Below are positions 1-13,316 of a DNA stretch of 51,845 nt, in pieces (position 1 is the first letter of the stretch; each line of letters starts with the position of its first letter). A model generated the notes under the pieces. That model was not told the DNA's origin. It made no database searches and worked only from the letters and a program-made list of their open reading frames with translations. The DNA lies in NCBI GenBank assembly GCA_000320545.1, contig ADNK01000750.1, positions 1 to 51,845 on the forward strand, given 5' to 3'. The stretch is from Bigelowiella natans CCMP2755 (lineage: Eukaryota > Protista > Cercozoa). The translations under genes were made by a program, and so were the position numbers.

Positions 1-46
1 GAACTAGGAGCACACATACAGCTACACACATACGCACACACACACA

Positions 47-87
<41 letters not shown>

Positions 88-147
88 AATGCATGGAATG
101 AGTGCTGAATGGGATGTTCGTTGGTTAACGTGCGTATATCAAGCGAG

Positions 148-523
148 CGGTGATATCCGTTATTGGGCAAGCTTCCCTGGCTACTCGACTGATGGTCGCA
201 GCGGGACCAAAACAAAGGCCGCGATAACGCACATCATCGTAAATCCCATGAAAAATAGTCGTAGCGAGCACAAAACAAAACATCTTCATCACTGCTGTAC
301 TTACAAAAGCGATGAACAAGCTCATTTATTGCATGTATGGCCAATGGCGCTAATATCTAACGCTTCCTCCTCCTCCTTCTACTTATTCTTCGTCTTCTTA
401 TATTGTATTATCGTCGGCCTACCACCCAATCACAGCCCGTTTTTGGACCGAGGATCGTAGTTAATCGGCCGTTATGCGACTATGCGAAGGTGGTGATCAG
501 TATGTACGCACACTCACTCACTC

Positions 524-580
<57 letters not shown>

Positions 581-605
581 TTGTGTGTGTGTAGAGAGAG
601 AGAGA

Positions 606-701
<96 letters not shown>

Positions 702-2968
702 AAGAGAGAACAGGAAGAAATCATTTCCAAAGATGGGGGATGGTCCTGCCGCAAGTGCACGGCCTATTCTTCATTCATCAGAGTCAAGAACAATGAGGTG
801 TACCGTCGTACGTTATATGACATCATTTTCAGCTTTTTGCCGCCGGTGCGGTAACCGAAAATGAGGCAGAGGAGGAGGAGGAGGAGAAGGGGAAAGCAGA
901 AAAGCGTATAGAGCAAAAGAGCAGCTTGGAAAGTGGAGACCAAGAGCAGCACCAGAATGGGGGAGTGAATGATGAGTACGGTGATGATAATAACAATACC
1001 ACTGATGATGACGACAAGAAGTTGACGATTACGCGGAAGAAGAAGACGGAGAAAATACGGCAACCATCACTCCTCGGTGTGCTCACAGTTGATAGGCGTG
1101 TATGCGCGCCGCATCAGAACAGATACGCAAACAAACATCGTAAATAATGTCGTCTAGCATATTCCAGAAGCAAATTGTTTGCTTTGTGCTTGCTTTGTTT
1201 TGGTGAAACATGTAGATAGCCTCTGCTCCTCTCTGTCCTCTCTTCTTCTTCTATTTCTTCTTCTCATTCTATAGCAGTGGTCGCACGGTGCGATGTGAAG
1301 CTATGCAACGGCATGCACGCATTCATGCGCATGGAGTGATAACACATATGACACTTTTCCCATCATAATCGCAGAGCTGACCGAGGAAGCGAATAGAATG
1401 GAGGATGAACTGTGGGGAGTCGTAGCGCAATACGCACAGTATATTTACTTTCACAAGGTGTATGGGATGATTGTTATTCCGAGTAGGGATTTAGGAAGAA
1501 TGTCTATTTAAGATACTAATGATGCACTCCTCGTCATGTAATCTTTGTTCTTTCTTCTAGGAAGAGAAGATGATGATATGAGATGAAAGATTGGATGTAT
1601 AATAATCGCAGATGATCTTGACTAACTTGAGTCGTTACTCTCCCCCCCCTCTCCATCTATCTCCCCTCTCCTGTTTAGGGGCTAGTGCTTACGGAAGAAG
1701 AGGTTGCTTCAATATTAGGCTGGCGCTCCCGCATTGCCAAGGTAGATTAGTTTTGTTATACACGGGAGAGAGGGGGGGGGGGGTGAGGGGTGGAGGGGAG
1801 AGATTCGACGTCTCAACTGTTTGCTGTATTAATCGTAATGATTCTTGCATATAAATGCTATGCCTACTACAGGATCGAGAGTCTCCGTATTGGCAGCTTC
1901 AGGCTTTGACTCGAGAGGTAGTAGATACATTTTGCGGTAGTAATTGAGGATAAAGAAACTTCGGCGAAGAACTATGTGTCCGGTGCATACTACGTACAGT
2001 CGCGCGTGCATGCAGCGCGATCGGGAGAAGTTTGATATATCTGAAGATGATATCCTCTCCTCCTCTCGCTCTCTCTCTCTCTCTATCTCCCTTTCATCTT
2101 TCGCTCATTGTAAATATGATGCACCGAAAATAATGTTAGATCTCGCGGTTTATGAAATCAATAAGGAGTCCATCAGGAATAGCAGCAACTTCACTGTTAT
2201 CATCAGGGTCCAGGTTGTGCCACGTTGCATGTAGTAGCAGCGAAGAACCCGCATATCATAATCCTCTTTATCTTGATTCACCATGTTTTTTTAATTCTGT
2301 CACATAATTTCCCACATCTTACTATTCGTGTAAATATCGTGTCCCTGCAAACGTGTATTTATACATTAAATCACATGATGTTTTTATCGGTTGTGAATGA
2401 TGTATTTGCAGCGTTGAAGGTGGTAGAGATCGCAAGGCTTTCTCAGCAATTCAAAAGCGGATTGAACAAGAAAGGAAAATCGCCCCAACGGTACGACGTA
2501 CCACACATCACATCTAAGCATGCAAAGAATAGTGCGAATAATCATATCAAGAGACATATCTCTGAATCGTTTTATGTCTTCGCCCTGTTCCCATTCATTC
2601 AATTGCAATCTTCGTTGTTCTTGTCGTCAACACTGTGCAGCGAATAAAGCAATATCTATCAATCGTGCATCGGGCGAAGGAGAAGCAGAGCAAACATCTC
2701 AAGCTGCTTGACAGTCAAATCCCTGTAATGATGAGCCAATTCTGTGTGCGTTTCTCAAATCTACGTGGATCCTGCACGATGAGCTTCTCTCCTATCCCAA
2801 CACCAATGGAAATAGCTCGAGACAGTGGTGTTTTCATGTTGAGTTGCCTTTTTCATCGGAGAAACGTGTGGATGATGACACTGACGTTGCAAACAAACAC
2901 CAAGTCCGCACGTTGGTTTTTGTGTTCGCGTCTGCCTCTGTCTCACGTGTGCTGACCCTGTGTGTGTG

Positions 2969-3011
<43 letters not shown>

Positions 3012-4735
3012 ATCGTGTGATTTAGGAGGAGGAAATGCGATTCTCAAACTTTGATCCGGATCGGATTCTGCTCAAACCTGAGCACACTACAGCTCCTCCA
3101 AAGGGGCAACTGTGACAAGGATGGATGCTGACTTTGGTGGAAACGTGCTGTTGTGTGAAGAACACGTTTGTCTGCGTTTTGCGCGAAGTGAAGCACCATC
3201 GTTTGTTGAAGTGAACAAAAGTTTGATTTGTGCGCAATCCGCACCAGCGCGTGTGAAGTGAAGCTCACTCGACCGCCAGCTGGTCAGGTGTGCTGCGAAC
3301 ATTGACTTGCTGTGCAACAGCTAGTCAGGTGTGCTGCGAACATTGACTTGCTGTGCAAAAGCGGAGCGCTTCCACTTCACACTCCAACGTCAACATCGCG
3401 CTGTCGCACGTGTGTGCACTCTGCAGTCCAAACTTTGACTTGTTCTGGACAGGAAGCACGCAGCAGTGGCGTGGCTTCCACGATGTGCCGCTCCTCCACT
3501 TGCACGATTGCCAGGTCTGGAGGTTGCCCCCACTGCTGCTGGACTGCGTGCGCACGTTGTCACCTGCTAGCCTGGTCATTGACAATTCGCGGTCAATCTC
3601 GCAATGGCTAGATGGTCTCGTGGGCACAAGTGACTTTTCAGTGAGGTCGTCAGCTGTGCCAAGCATGCGCACAACGCAACAAATCAGTGTTTCCAAACCG
3701 TGCGCGTGTTCACTGGAGCGCGTGTGTCGTGCGTTGAGACACGAACAGAACAGCAAGTGAATGTGCCGTCCAGCTGTGTCGCAAACCAATGCCTTCGTGT
3801 GTCTCCTTCTTGCTGACGCGATCATGCTGCAAAGTGGTTCGAAGCAGTGCACTGAGGTTCAAAGCAACCCACCAGAGTGGCAGAACAGCTTCCTGGGACA
3901 AAGAAAGCACCCCAAAACAACACCTGCCTGCAAGCGCAGGCGGACGAAATCACAGGCTGGAATCTGAGCCGATTTGAACGATTGAATCTAAATTTTCATG
4001 TCGTCTTCGTTAACAAGAGGCGGTTTTGTGCAGGATGTGTTTCGTAGTACCGGTAGTAGTTAGTGAGTACCTGATGACATTTTTGACTGACACCTGATGC
4101 TCCAACAAACAACAACAGATCCACCATCATCTAGACGACCTACCACTAGTCAGAGGGTAAAACTACTACTACTACTACTGCACATGCTACCACCACCACT
4201 ACCCACCCACTTGTGTGAACTAAGAGCATACTATTACTTTGCTAAACTGCCTTCGTTTTGTTTTGTTTTGTCAAGTAAGAAGATCTGCGTGAGCTGAAGG
4301 AGTCGGCTCCGAAAATAGCGCTACCCTGCTCAAACGGACGAGTCCTAGCCCCCTTCACCACTCTTCCTCTTCTTCATCGTCTTCTCCTTTTTTCAATAGA
4401 CCCACAAGCGGAATCATCATGGGCGCGTCGTCTTCATCAGAGGTTAGATTTCTAAATAATGTACACAAATTCGTCGTCTGAGCCGTTCCACAATCGTTGT
4501 ATTGTGAATTGATGCTACTACTGTTTTGCGTACCAGCCATTGTACAATCCGGTCAATGACCTCCGCGAAGGTACTTTATTCAACTACAAATTACTCGATA
4601 ACGTGTTTTAAGCGGAATGCACGGTGTTATTTCGGACATATTTCTACTGCCTGATGTTGTTAATGTTCGTGGTTATTGATGATTCAGAACCACAAGACCT
4701 GGAAGCAAGGATATCTTGTCAATCAATCCTCAGGT
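148..4735 (+). CDS. Multi-exon gene of unknown function, 5'-incomplete; possible RanBP2-like zinc finger near 735-865; middle part TA-depleted
   Basis: Series of short open exons bounded by AG/GT: ~1374-1458 ELTEEANRMEDELWGVVAQYAQYIYFHK, ~1680-1740 GLVLTEEEVASILGWRSRIAK, ~1874-1917 DRESPYWQLQALTRE, ~2412-2490 VEGGRDRKAFSAIQKRIEQERKIAPT, ~2641-2724 RIKQYLSIVHRAKEKQSKHLKLLDSQIP, ~3026-3102 EEEMRFSNFDPDRILLKPEHTTAPPK. WSCRKCT (~741) and FCRRCG (~835) could form one finger. No family recognised; ends uncertain. Confidence 0.45.
527..703. repeat. Compound (TA)n-(TG)n-(GA)n intronic microsatellite, typical of introns throughout the window
   Basis: Directly visible. The intact long (TA)n shows that TA loss is regional, not genome-wide. 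Confidence 0.95.
2815..3987. other. TA-depleted (hypermutated) tract inside a host-like gene
   Basis: Manual count: 5 TA dinucleotides in about 1170 bp (3 CTAG, 1 TTAG, 1 CTAC). Flanks have several per 60 nt. Confidence 0.9.
3277..3358. repeat. 41-bp tandem duplication
   Basis: cagctggtcaggtgtgctgcgaacattgacttgctgtgcaa followed by cagctagtcagg...; the copies differ by CTGG versus CTAG. Confidence 0.95.
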
Positions 4736-4751
4736 ATTACATAGAATATAT

Positions 4752-4793
<42 letters not shown>

Positions 4794-4882
4794 ATGTGTG
4801 CGTGTGTGTGTGTGTGTGTGCGTGAATGTATATGAGTGTATGTGGCGTTAACCACAAATAACACATTCCTACTACGCATCAG

Positions 4883-7264
4883 TGCCGATTCTAAAATCGT
4901 CGGGATTGACCTTGAATGGGAAAATATCCATTTCTCTGTTCCCGGAAAAGGTATAGCAACCTTATCATTCTGACTACGCTTATAACTTCCGCTCGCACTG
5001 CGCGACAGAGCATTAGGGAGAGCAACCCTTTGGTTCACAGAAACATCTTCGAGTATTGACTTGGATTCAAATAACTTAAACAGAGGCGGGATCGATGAAA
5101 CACATCTTAAACGGGTGCTCCGGACAAGTGAAGCAGGGCGAGTGTGCGTGCATTATAGGGCCAAGGTAGTAGGACGTAGAGACGACGATGATGATGATGA
5201 TGATGATGATGATGGTGATGCTACATTTCTGGCTAGAGTAAAGACTGAACGATCAATTCAAAGCATGCCCGTTATTATGGACTTTGGAAGCTTGATGACC
5301 CTCTCTCCCCCCTGCCTCTCTCCCTCCAAAAAGCGGCGCTGGAAAAACAACAATGATGAATCTCCTAGCTGGTGATAAAACAGCCATATTTTGTTTGTAT
5401 TGGTGTACTCCGTGAGTGCCACCATGTGATGATTCCTAGCGGTAGGAAGAAACAGGGAAGGAACTCCCTTGCAGCAGCCTCTTTATTGTCCTTTGCCAAT
5501 AGGAGCAGCGCCATGACCTTATCCTCTTCTTCTTTAATTTCTCTCCTATTATGCCTCCTCCTTGTTGCAGCTAATGTAATAACAATAATAATAATAATAG
5601 TATTAATAATAATACATGATAGGACGAGTGAGCGCACCGTGGGAGGGAGAGGTTACTGCCAATGGGCTTCCGGTAATTGTTTACCAACCATCAACCGATC
5701 TATACTACTACTACTTGCCACGTCTTTGAGGAGAATAGCAGCCTGTTGTTCTCCAAACACACTTAGCGTACATTGGTATGAGCAAGCAGCCATCTTCCCC
5801 ATCCACGTACCACCCCCTCAAACAATTCAATCGATAATACCAACGAAAGTGCTAGAGTATGGCGTGTAGAGAATGATATGGTGGGACCGCGTGTGCAAAA
5901 ATTCGTGCCAACTAAAAGGGGGTTGGGGTGCGGATATCATCTTGAAGAAATTGAATGGATGTGTGCATGATGATCTAATAGTCGTTATTGAATAAAAACA
6001 GGTGGAACCGAGGCAGTTCAGCCAGAGCATTGCGTACGTCATGCAAGATGAGGTCAATTCAATATCAATACTACTACTACTACTACTTCTACCAGCACAG
6101 GAGTTAGTTGGCATTTACTACTATCAGCATGATGAACATGAGTAGTAGTAGTGGTAGTAGTAGTAGTAGTAGTAATAGTAGTTGCGATAGCACCAACAGC
6201 GACATCACAGATCATCATCTTCCAGGCACTCTTTGCGACGGCCACGCCCCGGGAAGCTTTGCACTTCTCTGCAGCAATGAGACTGCCGCGTAATATTAGT
6301 CAAACGACTTTTGTATACATGTAGAGAGAGGCAGAGAGAAGTTGTATCTGGGTGCTTGTTGCATGCTGCCGTCGTTGGTATATTGGGATTTGGTAGGCCT
6401 CTCTTCTTCTTTTCTCCTTATACTTAGCCTTACTCTCTCCTCTTTCATTTTCCTACTACAAACCCCGTACAAACAGCATCAACTACTATTGCGGCAAGAA
6501 CACGTCTAGTCAATTCACTTCTTAAAGACCTTAACCTCGAAGAGTAATAGTAGTAGTAGTAGTAGTAGTAGTAGTAGCAGTAGTGTAGTACTGAGAGAGA
6601 AACATTGCTTTCAATGTAGAAGTAGTAGCCCCCCCCCCAGCCATTTATGTCTTGTTTGTTTGCTCTTTGCCCGCTCACAAACTGCACCCCCCCCCCCCTT
6701 CTTCCCCCCCGTGCAAAAACTTCCTCCCTATATTTTATACTAGATGTGCTGATACTCTGGTGGGGTCAGTGCTTATTCCTGGTATATCTGGGGGTGAGAA
6801 GAAGGTAATTTTGTCATTCACTACTCGCCATTATGCACGTCGCATATTAGAAATGTGTACATTTAGAGGACTTCTGTGGGGGTGGAACTTATCACCCAAC
6901 CGAAGATCATATTCCTAGATGAACCTACCAGCGGCCTCGATACCTATTCAGCGTATCATCTAGTACAGATTCTCAAGGCTCTATGCCAGCGCGGTTGCAG
7001 GTACTCTTTGATAAGCTGTTGTTTCTTCTGAGAGCTTCATCTTTTTCTCTTCTATTTCTTTGTATTCTTCTGGGCGCAAGCTTTATACATACACACATAT
7101 TATTATTATTATTATTATTGTTGTTGTTGTTGTTATCAGTGTCGTCTGCACGATCCATCAGCCTTCATCAGAGATATTCCATCTGTTTGACAAAACCATT
7201 CTCATTCAATCAGGTTTGATGTTGTTTTTATATTGTTTTGTACTGATCTCTCTTTCCACATACG

Positions 7265-7303
<39 letters not shown>

Positions 7304-7602
7304 GTGTGTGTGTGTGTGTGTGTGTATACAATACCGTCCTCTTGATTCCCTTCCCTTAAAGTCGTCGTAGATCTTCCCCACAATCGAATTCTCTCCTTTC
7401 ACTTCTCCTCTTCCTCCTCCTCCTCCCCTTAATCAGGCAGTATTGTTTACAATGGGAGGGTTGATGAGATGGTTTCTTATTTCTCCACCTTGGGATCTGC
7501 CTATGAATGTCCTCCCAACTATAATGTACGTATGTGTGCACTACTTCAAACCATTAGCTGATTAAACATGCAAGGATTAATCACATGAAATCATCACAAG
7601 TG

Positions 7603-7643
<41 letters not shown>

Positions 7644-9746
7644 TACATAGTATCCCACCTCCTCCACACAGATATCATCATCTTTCCCACCCCCCCCCCC
7701 TTCCCGCACCACCACCACGAGCACTCCGGTGGTGTGAGAATATCATCGCTCTCTATTAACGTCGTACTACTACTACTACTACTCTACTACCACTACCACT
7801 ACCACTACTACTGGGGTTCTTCTTCTTCTTCTTCGTCGTTGTCGTTTTGCAGCCCGCAGATCATGTGATGTTCCTTATGCAAAAGAAAGGTGGTGATTCA
7901 TTCATTCGTTCAGTCATTTTTGAGTATGCTGTAGTAGCAATAAATGGCAGTAGTAATAGTAGTGGTAGATCGATGAGCCCCTTCTACTGTCGTGTTTGTT
8001 ATTTATAACCTCCCCTCCACCCGTCCTCCTCTTCCCAACAGAGTCCAAAGATAGTCCCTACTACTTAAGGGATAAGTGGGCCGAAAGAGTAGTCAGAATT
8101 CTTTCATGCATGAAAAAACAGTTGATCAGCCTTCTCTGCATTATTATGTGTATGCGTGTTGTTAGTATGTGTCTACAAACATTTGTGGGGCAGGGATCGA
8201 TGCTCTTGCTTCTTGATTTCTCCTTCATCTTAGCATGACAGATGATGACGATGATGATTATGATGATAATGATGATGGTGATGATATCTCTGTATTCCAG
8301 GAGAAAAATGAGCAGAAGTTGCTTGTTGACCAGTCGATAAAGCTGGAGAAAAAGGTGATAGCAGTGTATAATACCGAGGGTCTTATCATCATTTACAATT
8401 CTTATTATCATAATAGTATATAGTTTTGATTATCATCATGTGGTCCCTTCTTCCTTCTCTTTCCTATTCTTCTTCTTCTTCTTCTTCTTCTTCTATGGGT
8501 GTCCTTAGTAGCACTCACTTGTTCTAAGGGTTACTAATACTACTACTACTACCACTACTACAACAACTACTACTTACTTGCGTAGAGATCGCAGTTCCAG
8601 GTCAGCTACAGCTCCAAAGCTGGTATTCTGAGGCAATTTCAGCACCTCATCACTAGGGAGGTAATGAGTAGAATATCAAACAAATCGATGATATTTTGTT
8701 TTTGTAATTTGTTTGTACGAATACTCACCAAAGGAAGAAATCGGTATGATGACGATGATGGTGATGATGATAATAATGATGATGACGAGAAGTAGTTGTA
8801 GAACATCATCAAAGGTTGGAATATTATAGGCACCTGTGCCTTCGGCTTCCTCCTCCCCCTCCTCCTCATTTACTTGCTCTTGTTAATCTTCAAATGACCT
8901 CCTCCTTTCCGCATCATCATCATCACCATCATCATCCGAAATATCCGCCATCATCATCTTCGTGTACGACTGCTACCTCATTTGCGTCATTATTACTGGT
9001 GATACTAATGCTGCTGCTGGCGGTGCTATATACCAGGCAAGGAACACTGTTCGGGACAAAAAAACGCTGTTTACGAGGTCGTGATTAATCCACATCATCA
9101 TCACCCTCATCACTATGATCACAATTGAGAATAATAGCAAAGCAATGACGGCAGCCAACTCCCCCTCCCATTCATGCCCTCTCCTAACAAATGCAGCGAG
9201 AGTGAGAGAGTGGGTGAGCTATTCCGGTATAGCAAAAGGAAAATGACAATATTGATGATAATAATCATATCATTAGTCTACCATCATTGAAATAGTAATG
9301 GTTCTAAATAATAATAACCTATACATGTTTGGATGAAAAGGTTTTTCTTAACAATCTTCCTCAATCTCCTCTACGGCATGGTATTTAAGGTGAGAATAGC
9401 TAGATAGAGATGTGTGCGTGTGCTGCGGATAGTAGTAGTACTTGTGGTAGTACTAGCAGTACTAGTAGTGAATCACGTTGGCCACGTGTGTGTGTGTGTG
9501 TGTGTGTAGTTGTCTTTCGCGCTTCGCTGCTCATGAATTATATCACCCAGTGTGTCAATGAAAATGACGTAGACATCCATGTTGTTGTTTTGTTGATGAT
9601 GATGATGATGATGATGCTTTTATAGATAGAGTTAAATATAATTATGCCATCTTGAGCTACTGGTGGTGCTGTTTCTTCCGTGGTTATTCTCATCGTCACT
9701 ACTACCCAGGGAGTAGGATCACGAGACGATATGCAAAGCAGATACG

Positions 9747-9777
<31 letters not shown>

Positions 9778-10495
9778 CAAACTAGAAGCAGCTGCATTAT
9801 CATCATCATCATCATCATCATCGTCGTCGTCGTCGTCATCATCATGGGTGCCAATTCGATATGCTGTTTATATGAGGTGGACAAAAAGATAGTTCTTCTG
9901 CTGCTGCTGCTACTGCTGCTGTTGTGCAGAGTTGTTGTTTACGGTGGTGGTGGTGGTGGTGGTAGTGGAGATTGCCTATTCTTTATTTAACCGCTGCTGC
10001 TTTGCTGCTTCATCCATCATACGGCTCTGTCGTGCATCTACCATATCTATCCCTCAGGAGCTCTATTACAGCTATGCGTGAGTGCAATGTTCGGATGTGC
10101 TCAACCAGCCATACTCACATTTGTAAGATTCAACCTATTTAGTGTCTCGTAACGTGTACTTTTTAAAGCCGCCGCTGATGATGATGATGACGATATTGAA
10201 GACGATGATGATAAGGAGGGGGAGGAGAAGGGAACGATATTATCTTTTTGATTGAGCTGTCATCTTCTTCTATAATATTTACGTATTCCTCTGCCCCCCC
10301 CCCCCCCCCCCCCTCTCCTCTCCCCTTCTCCTCCTTCTCCTCCATCGTAGCCATTCGAAAGGCCTGTCTTCATCCGTGAGTACGTATCCGGAACGTACAA
10401 TCTTGTCCCTTACTTTCTATCAAGTGATGATGCTTATACTTATTACCTATTATCATTCTAGTAGTACTCGTAGTGGTTGTAAGTAGTAGTAGTGA

Positions 10496-10528
<33 letters not shown>

Positions 10529-10939
10529 AGGAAGGAGGGGTTTGGGTGGATTTCTTGATGGATTTTACACTACATATGGACAGCACCAGCCTTCAAGTAG
10601 CTATTCTAGATATACACCGGTAGGAGGCGGAGGATTAAAACTGCTGAAGAAAGAATGAGAGAGGGGGGGAAGAAGTCAGATTGTAATTTACTGTTTGGTG
10701 ACATCTCTTCTTCTTCTTCTTCTTCTTCTTCTTCTTCTTTTTCTTCTTCTCTGTTGCGTATGATTGATGTATATGAGTGCAGAGGCTATCATGGAAATAC
10801 CTCTAGCTGCTTTACAGACGTTGGCGGGGTTAATGACAAGGTCAGAATAATAATAAGAAGATAGGAGTATGAGAGGAGAGCAACCTTGCCAGGCGCTGCC
10901 GTTGTCAATATCGTCGTCATTATTATCATTATCATCGTT

Positions 10940-10971
<32 letters not shown>

Positions 10972-11311
10972 TTGAGCACTCCTCTCTATCATCTTTCTTT
11001 CCTTCTCAGCTACTTCCTCATGGAACTCAAAGGCCGATTCATTCGATTATGGATGGTACAGATCCTTATTTTCTTGTGAAAAGAAGAAGTTGCAGCAGCA
11101 TCAACAGAATAGTCGCAGGGGTAGAACCATCGCAAGGGGTTTCCTCGAAAATTATACGTTAGATTGAGTATTAATGTGTGGGTTTGTTGGTGTTGTGTGG
11201 GTGAAATACTGATGATAACAAGGGAATGTTTCTTCTCGGTGTTGTGAGCTCTTCAGTGGCAATAGCCCTTGGTTGCGCAACAACGAATGTCAAGGTAGGC
11301 AGTGTGTGTGT

Positions 11312-11343
<32 letters not shown>

Positions 11344-12521
11344 TTCGATTAGCACAATCTCCTCCTCCTCCTCCTTCTCCTCCTCCTCTTCCTCCTACTT
11401 ATCTCTATGATTCTGCATCAGACCGCCATTGAGGCTGTTCCTTTAGCGTTTGTGCCACAGATGCTTTTCGCAGGTGATAACTAGTATGTTTTGGTACTAG
11501 TCGAGCAGCAAAACACACGTGTACACACACGCACATCACACGTTTGATTCCCTAGGAATCTCTTCCCTGGACTTGTTCCTTCTCCATAGAGAAGAAGACA
11601 TGTTACATACAAGTTGCTCGCGGAGTGTGGTTGTATTCTCGTCATCATTTCTTGTAGTAGCTGCTACATCATCATATCTTAAACATGGCAGGATTCTTTG
11701 TCCCAATCGCACAGATCCCGGTGTACCTACGGTGGAGTCAATGGCTATGCACATTAAAGTGATGAGACCTCGATGACAATGATGATAATGATAATAATAG
11801 TAATAATCTTACGCTAAGAAGAAAAGTTGTTCTTGTTGTTCTTGTTGTGGCACATTATTTATGAGAATGATGGACACTATCAACTAGGTATTCCATTAAC
11901 ATCATGCTTCTGACTGAATTCACTGAGGTAATAGCAGCAGCAGCAGCATAGCAGCAGTAGTACCATTCGCAGTCCTAGTTTTTGTTGTTGAAGAAGTAGT
12001 AGGACAGACAAATGAGGCGTTCTTCATGTTCGCATTAAAACTTCTGCAACGAGTAGTTAGGAATGATAACAGTGATAATGACAATGGTGATAGTGATGAT
12101 GACATCGATCGTCTCTCAAATGATAATACATACATTCATTCAATATATGTAGGACACCCCACTTGTCAATGCATTATTAGAACGTGAATCCGTGAAACGG
12201 TACGTACACAGCAGAGAGCTCAGAACCAGCTGCTAATACTATCGTCGTTTGCTTGTGATCTAGATCTTCCAAGTCATCATAGGTGACGTCTACTCCTGCT
12301 TCTTATGATTATAAAATGGTGTGTGTTCCCTACTTGGCAGCTCTGAGTTCTGGTTCTACATTGCCATGCTCCTGGTAATCGTATGATCTCACAATAAAGG
12401 AGAAGACCATTCGATGATATTTCTTAAATTAGTAATTATTTTCCAATTATAGGTACTTTTTGTAGCTTTCCGGATCGTAGGCATGATTGCTCTCGGTCTT
12501 CGTTCTCGGTCTCAATTTTAG
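4883..12521 (+). CDS. ABC transporter subfamily G (White-type half transporter), more than 25 short exons; start codon not located
   Basis: Exons give IDLEWENIHFSV (4883-), Walker A GPS|GAGKTT (~5150-5360), Q-loop AYVMQDE (~6030), signature ISGGEKK (~6785), Walker B IIFLDEPTSGLD (~6910), H-loop CTIHQPSSEIF (~7150), TM-domain motifs ERPVFIREY (~10360), PQMLFAGFFVP and YLRWSQWLC (~11460-11760), stop TAG at 12519-12521. Confidence 0.9.
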
Positions 12522-13316
12522 AGTCATGCGTGGCGTCTCCATTTTGCTATGTTTGATCCATCGATAATTGTTATCACACAGCTCATACGCTTTGGACTAT
12601 GCAGTATCGTCATGCAGGCTTTAAGTGTTTGGAAATGCGCAACTCTAATGATATTTTACAATGCAATAGCATCTACTTTATCGATTGCTATAGTTTTCTA
12701 AGCATGGGCATCCGGTACAGTAGGCGAATATTAGTGTCATGCCACCAGCTATATACATGCGTGTAGGCCCATTGTAACTTGCAAGGCGCCCGCAAAGGTA
12801 AGTGTGCACGTATTGAATAAGCTCGATTATCGCGCGCGGCGACGACCTCTACACCTGCTAGTAGCCTGCTGTGCAAATGAACTTCAGCGTGTTCGCAAAT
12901 AACACTTCACTACTTCATTTCGTCCTGCGCTATGCGCGAGCACATAATCATAGCATGCTAGCATGCGCCATCTACCAAACGCAATTATTTAGTAGTTTGT
13001 GTTACACATGCTTGTCTAAGCATATACAAGATGACACATGCCGCTCCACATCTATGCACATCATCTACTATTTGTCATCTAGACATGCTCGCTATCTAGC
13101 TAGGCGCCACTAAAATCTAGAAAATGTCTCGAGGGACAGAATGATGCGTTCCTCCCAACGCATGCATTCATGGTGTTTTTGAACAGGACTCAAGTAGCAG
13201 GTGCGATGTGCTTTTGCGTTGAACTTGCATGCCATGAGCAATGAATAACTAAGCATCGCATTTTTAAAAATGAATGGGTGCTGAGCTTAATTCGATCCAC
13301 AACACAAGAGAGCTCT

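Noticed and set aside
3026-3080. RFSNFDPDRILL as a eukaryotic RdRP motif
   Set aside because: Only a vague resemblance; no catalytic DLDGD motif or other RdRP motifs found in the gene.
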